Source: Macrostomum lignano
Taxonomy: Eukaryota
Assembly (NCBI GenBank): GCA_002269645.1
Contig: NIVC01002168.1
Location: forward strand, 1 to 64,000
Reading direction: 5' to 3'
DNA length: 64,000 nt
This document shows, in pieces, positions 61,728 through 64,000 of the stretch. Below the pieces are notes generated by a model, which was not told where the DNA came from, ran no database searches, and saw nothing but the letters and a program-made list of their open reading frames with translations. A program made the position numbers and the translations under genes. The first letter of the stretch is position 1. Every line of letters begins with the position of its first letter.

Positions 61728-63185
61728 ATCCTCTCTCTTCTCCCCTTGTCTACTTTCTCTCCTCTCCCCTTTTCTACTCTCTCCTCTCCCCTTGTCTACT
61801 CTCTCTCCTCCCCCTCGTCTACTCTCTCTCCTCTCCCTTTGTCTACTCTCTCTCCTCTCCCCTCGTCTACTCTCTCTTCTCCCCCTCGTCTACTCTCTCT
61901 CCTCTCCCTTTGTCTACCCTCTCTCATCTCCCTTTGTCTACTCTCTCCTCTCCCTTGTCTACTCTCTCTCCTCCCCCTTGTCTACTCTCTCTCCTCTCCC
62001 TTTGTCTACTCTCTCTCCTCTCCCTTTGTCTACTCTCTCTCCTCTCCCTCGTCTACTCTCTCTTCTCCCCCTCGTCTACTCTCTCTCCTCTCCCTTTGTC
62101 TACCCTCTCTCATCTCCCTTTGTCTACTCTCTCCTCTCCCCTTGTCTACTCTCTCTCCTCTCCCCTTGTCTACTCTCTCTCCTCTCCCTTTGTCTACTCT
62201 CTCCTCTCCCCTTGTCTACTCTCTCTCCTCTCCCTTTGTCTACTCTCTCTCCTCTCCCTTTGTCTACTCTCTCTCCTCTCCCTTTGTCTACTCTCTCTCC
62301 TCTCCCCTCGTCTACTCTCTCTCCTCTCCCTTTGTCTACCCTCTCTCATCTCCCTTTGTCTACTCTCTCCTCTCCCCTTGTCTACTCTCTCTCCTCCCCC
62401 TCGTCTACTCTCTCTCCTCTCCCTTTGTCTACTCTCTCCTCTCCCCTTGTCTACTCTCTCTCCTCCCCCTTGTCTACTCTCTCTCCTCTCCCTTTGTCTA
62501 CTCTCTCCTCTCCCTTTGTCTACTCTCTCCTCTCCCCTTGTCTACTCTCTCTCCTCTCCCCTTGTCTACTCTCTCTCCTCCCCCTCGTCTACTCTCTCTC
62601 TCCTCTCTCTTTGTCTACTCTCTTTTCTCCCCCTTGTCTACTCCCTCTCCTCTCCCTTTGTCTACTCTCTCCTCTCCCTTTGTCTACTCTCTCCTCTCCC
62701 CTTGTCTACTCTCTCTCCTCCCCCTTGTCTACTCTCTCTCCTCTCCTTTGTCTACTCTCTCTCCTCCCCCTTGTCTACTCTCTCTCCTCTCCCTTTGTCT
62801 ACTCTCTCTCCTCTCCCTTTGTCTACTCTCTCCTCTCCCCTTGTCTACTCTCTCTCCTCCCCCTCGTCTACTCTCTCTCCTCTCCCTTTGTCTACTCTCT
62901 CCTCTCCCCTTGTCTACTCTCTCTCCTCCCCCTCGTCTACTCTCTCTCTCCTCTCTCTTTGTCTACTCTCTCTCCTCTCCCTTTGTCTACCCTCTCTCCT
63001 CTCCCTTTGTCTACTCTCTCTCCTCCCCCTCGTCTACTCTCTCTCCTCCCCCTTGTCTACTCTCTCTCCTCCCCCTCGTCTACTCTCTCTCTCCTCTCTC
63101 TTTGTCTACTCTCTTTTCTCTCGTCTCTACTCTTATCTACCCTCTCCCCTAATCTACCCGAAATCCTCCCCTTTGTCTACCCCCT
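61728..63185. repeat. Pyrimidine-rich ~24-26-bp minisatellite TTGTCTACTCTCTCTCCTCTCCCCT
   Basis: Read directly; source of the spurious 468-600-aa ORFs. Confidence 0.93.
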
Positions 63186-63634
63186 GGTATCTAGCAGAGC
63201 CCCTTTCTCAGTATCGCGGTCTTCAAGCCCCATCCCAGCTCCTAATGAGGCTCCCCAGCTTCCAGCAGGCCGTTCGCACTCTACCAGTTCGCTCGTCTGC
63301 AAGATCTGGTCAGATAAGGATCGCATCCTTCCTCGAACACGCAGTCTGTTTGCTTCGATTGGCAGATCTTTACTTATTCTTCGAATTTATGGCACCCCGG
63401 CTGCCGCTTGTGGAAGACACGGGCTTGCTGGCTTGCAGTCAATGGTAATAACACCCAGGTACTAGCGTAATGAAAAAGTCAGACTGGGCCCAATATATCG
63501 GTGATTAGGGAGAGAGGTCGCGAGAGGTCACTGTAATCGCCCATATTCCCTGCCTTAATCTTATGCACTACTGACCTTAATATCCTAGATTCTACCCCAT
63601 AATCACCTGTTCTTCACCTCGATTCCATCGATTT

Positions 63635-64000
63635 CTTCATTCCTCGCCGCTTTCCCCATAGATTCCTCGCCGTGATCCCCATGGATTCATCGCCTTAACC
63701 CCTTGGAATCCTCGCCGTAATCCCCATAGATTTCTTGCCCTAATCCCTTGGTTTCCTCGCCGTAATCCCTGGATTCCTCGCCGTAATCCCTGGATTCCTC
63801 GCCGTAATCCCTGGATTCCTCGCCGTAATCCCCTAGATTCCTCGCCGTTATTCCCATAGATTCATCGCCATAATCCCCTGAATTCCAATTTAAATTCTCC
63901 CAGATTCCTCCCGTAATCACTAGGATTCCTCACCGTAATCTCTTGGACTCCTCGCCGTAATCACTTGGATTCATCGCCGTAATCCCTAGGATTTCTCGCC
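63635..64000. repeat. About 21-bp minisatellite TTCCTCGCCGTAATCCCTGGA (runs off the window)
   Basis: Read directly. Confidence 0.88.

Noticed and set aside
61663-63185. 468-600-aa Leu/Ser/Pro ORFs
   Set aside because: Pyrimidine-rich repeat; low complexity and not protein-like.
61000-64000. Upstream GPCR exons
   Set aside because: No VFT N-lobe motifs were found in the minus frames I translated; they probably lie beyond the window.

Overview
Eukaryotic (metazoan) genomic DNA with GC-rich exons, AT-rich spacers and introns largely filled by minisatellites. This architecture suggests a flatworm such as Macrostomum, but the taxon is my inference. Eight intron-containing housekeeping genes can be assembled by hand with phase-consistent junctions: a PAF-acetylhydrolase (minus strand), then a co-oriented plus-strand run of CCDC6, CEP57-like, AMACR, APH-1, NDUFAB1, ANKRD49 and TAF6. 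A 5'-partial class C (mGluR-like) GPCR lies on the minus strand, with its N-terminus not found in the window. Most long ORFs in the ORF track are tandem-repeat artefacts. Top leads: (1) a dispersed ~200-230 bp repeat in two copies carrying a 64-nt piece of nuclear 28S rRNA (H69-H71) in which the R2/I-PpoI cleavage site is disrupted but the H71 stem survives; (2) a PAF-AH gene with no usable ATG behind a phase-0 acceptor, as expected if a flatworm spliced leader supplies the AUG; (3) complementary GGGATCT arrays flanking the main 7TM exon of the GPCR; (4) a candidate nested gene in a GPCR intron. No database searches were run; all homology calls and reference sequences are from memory.
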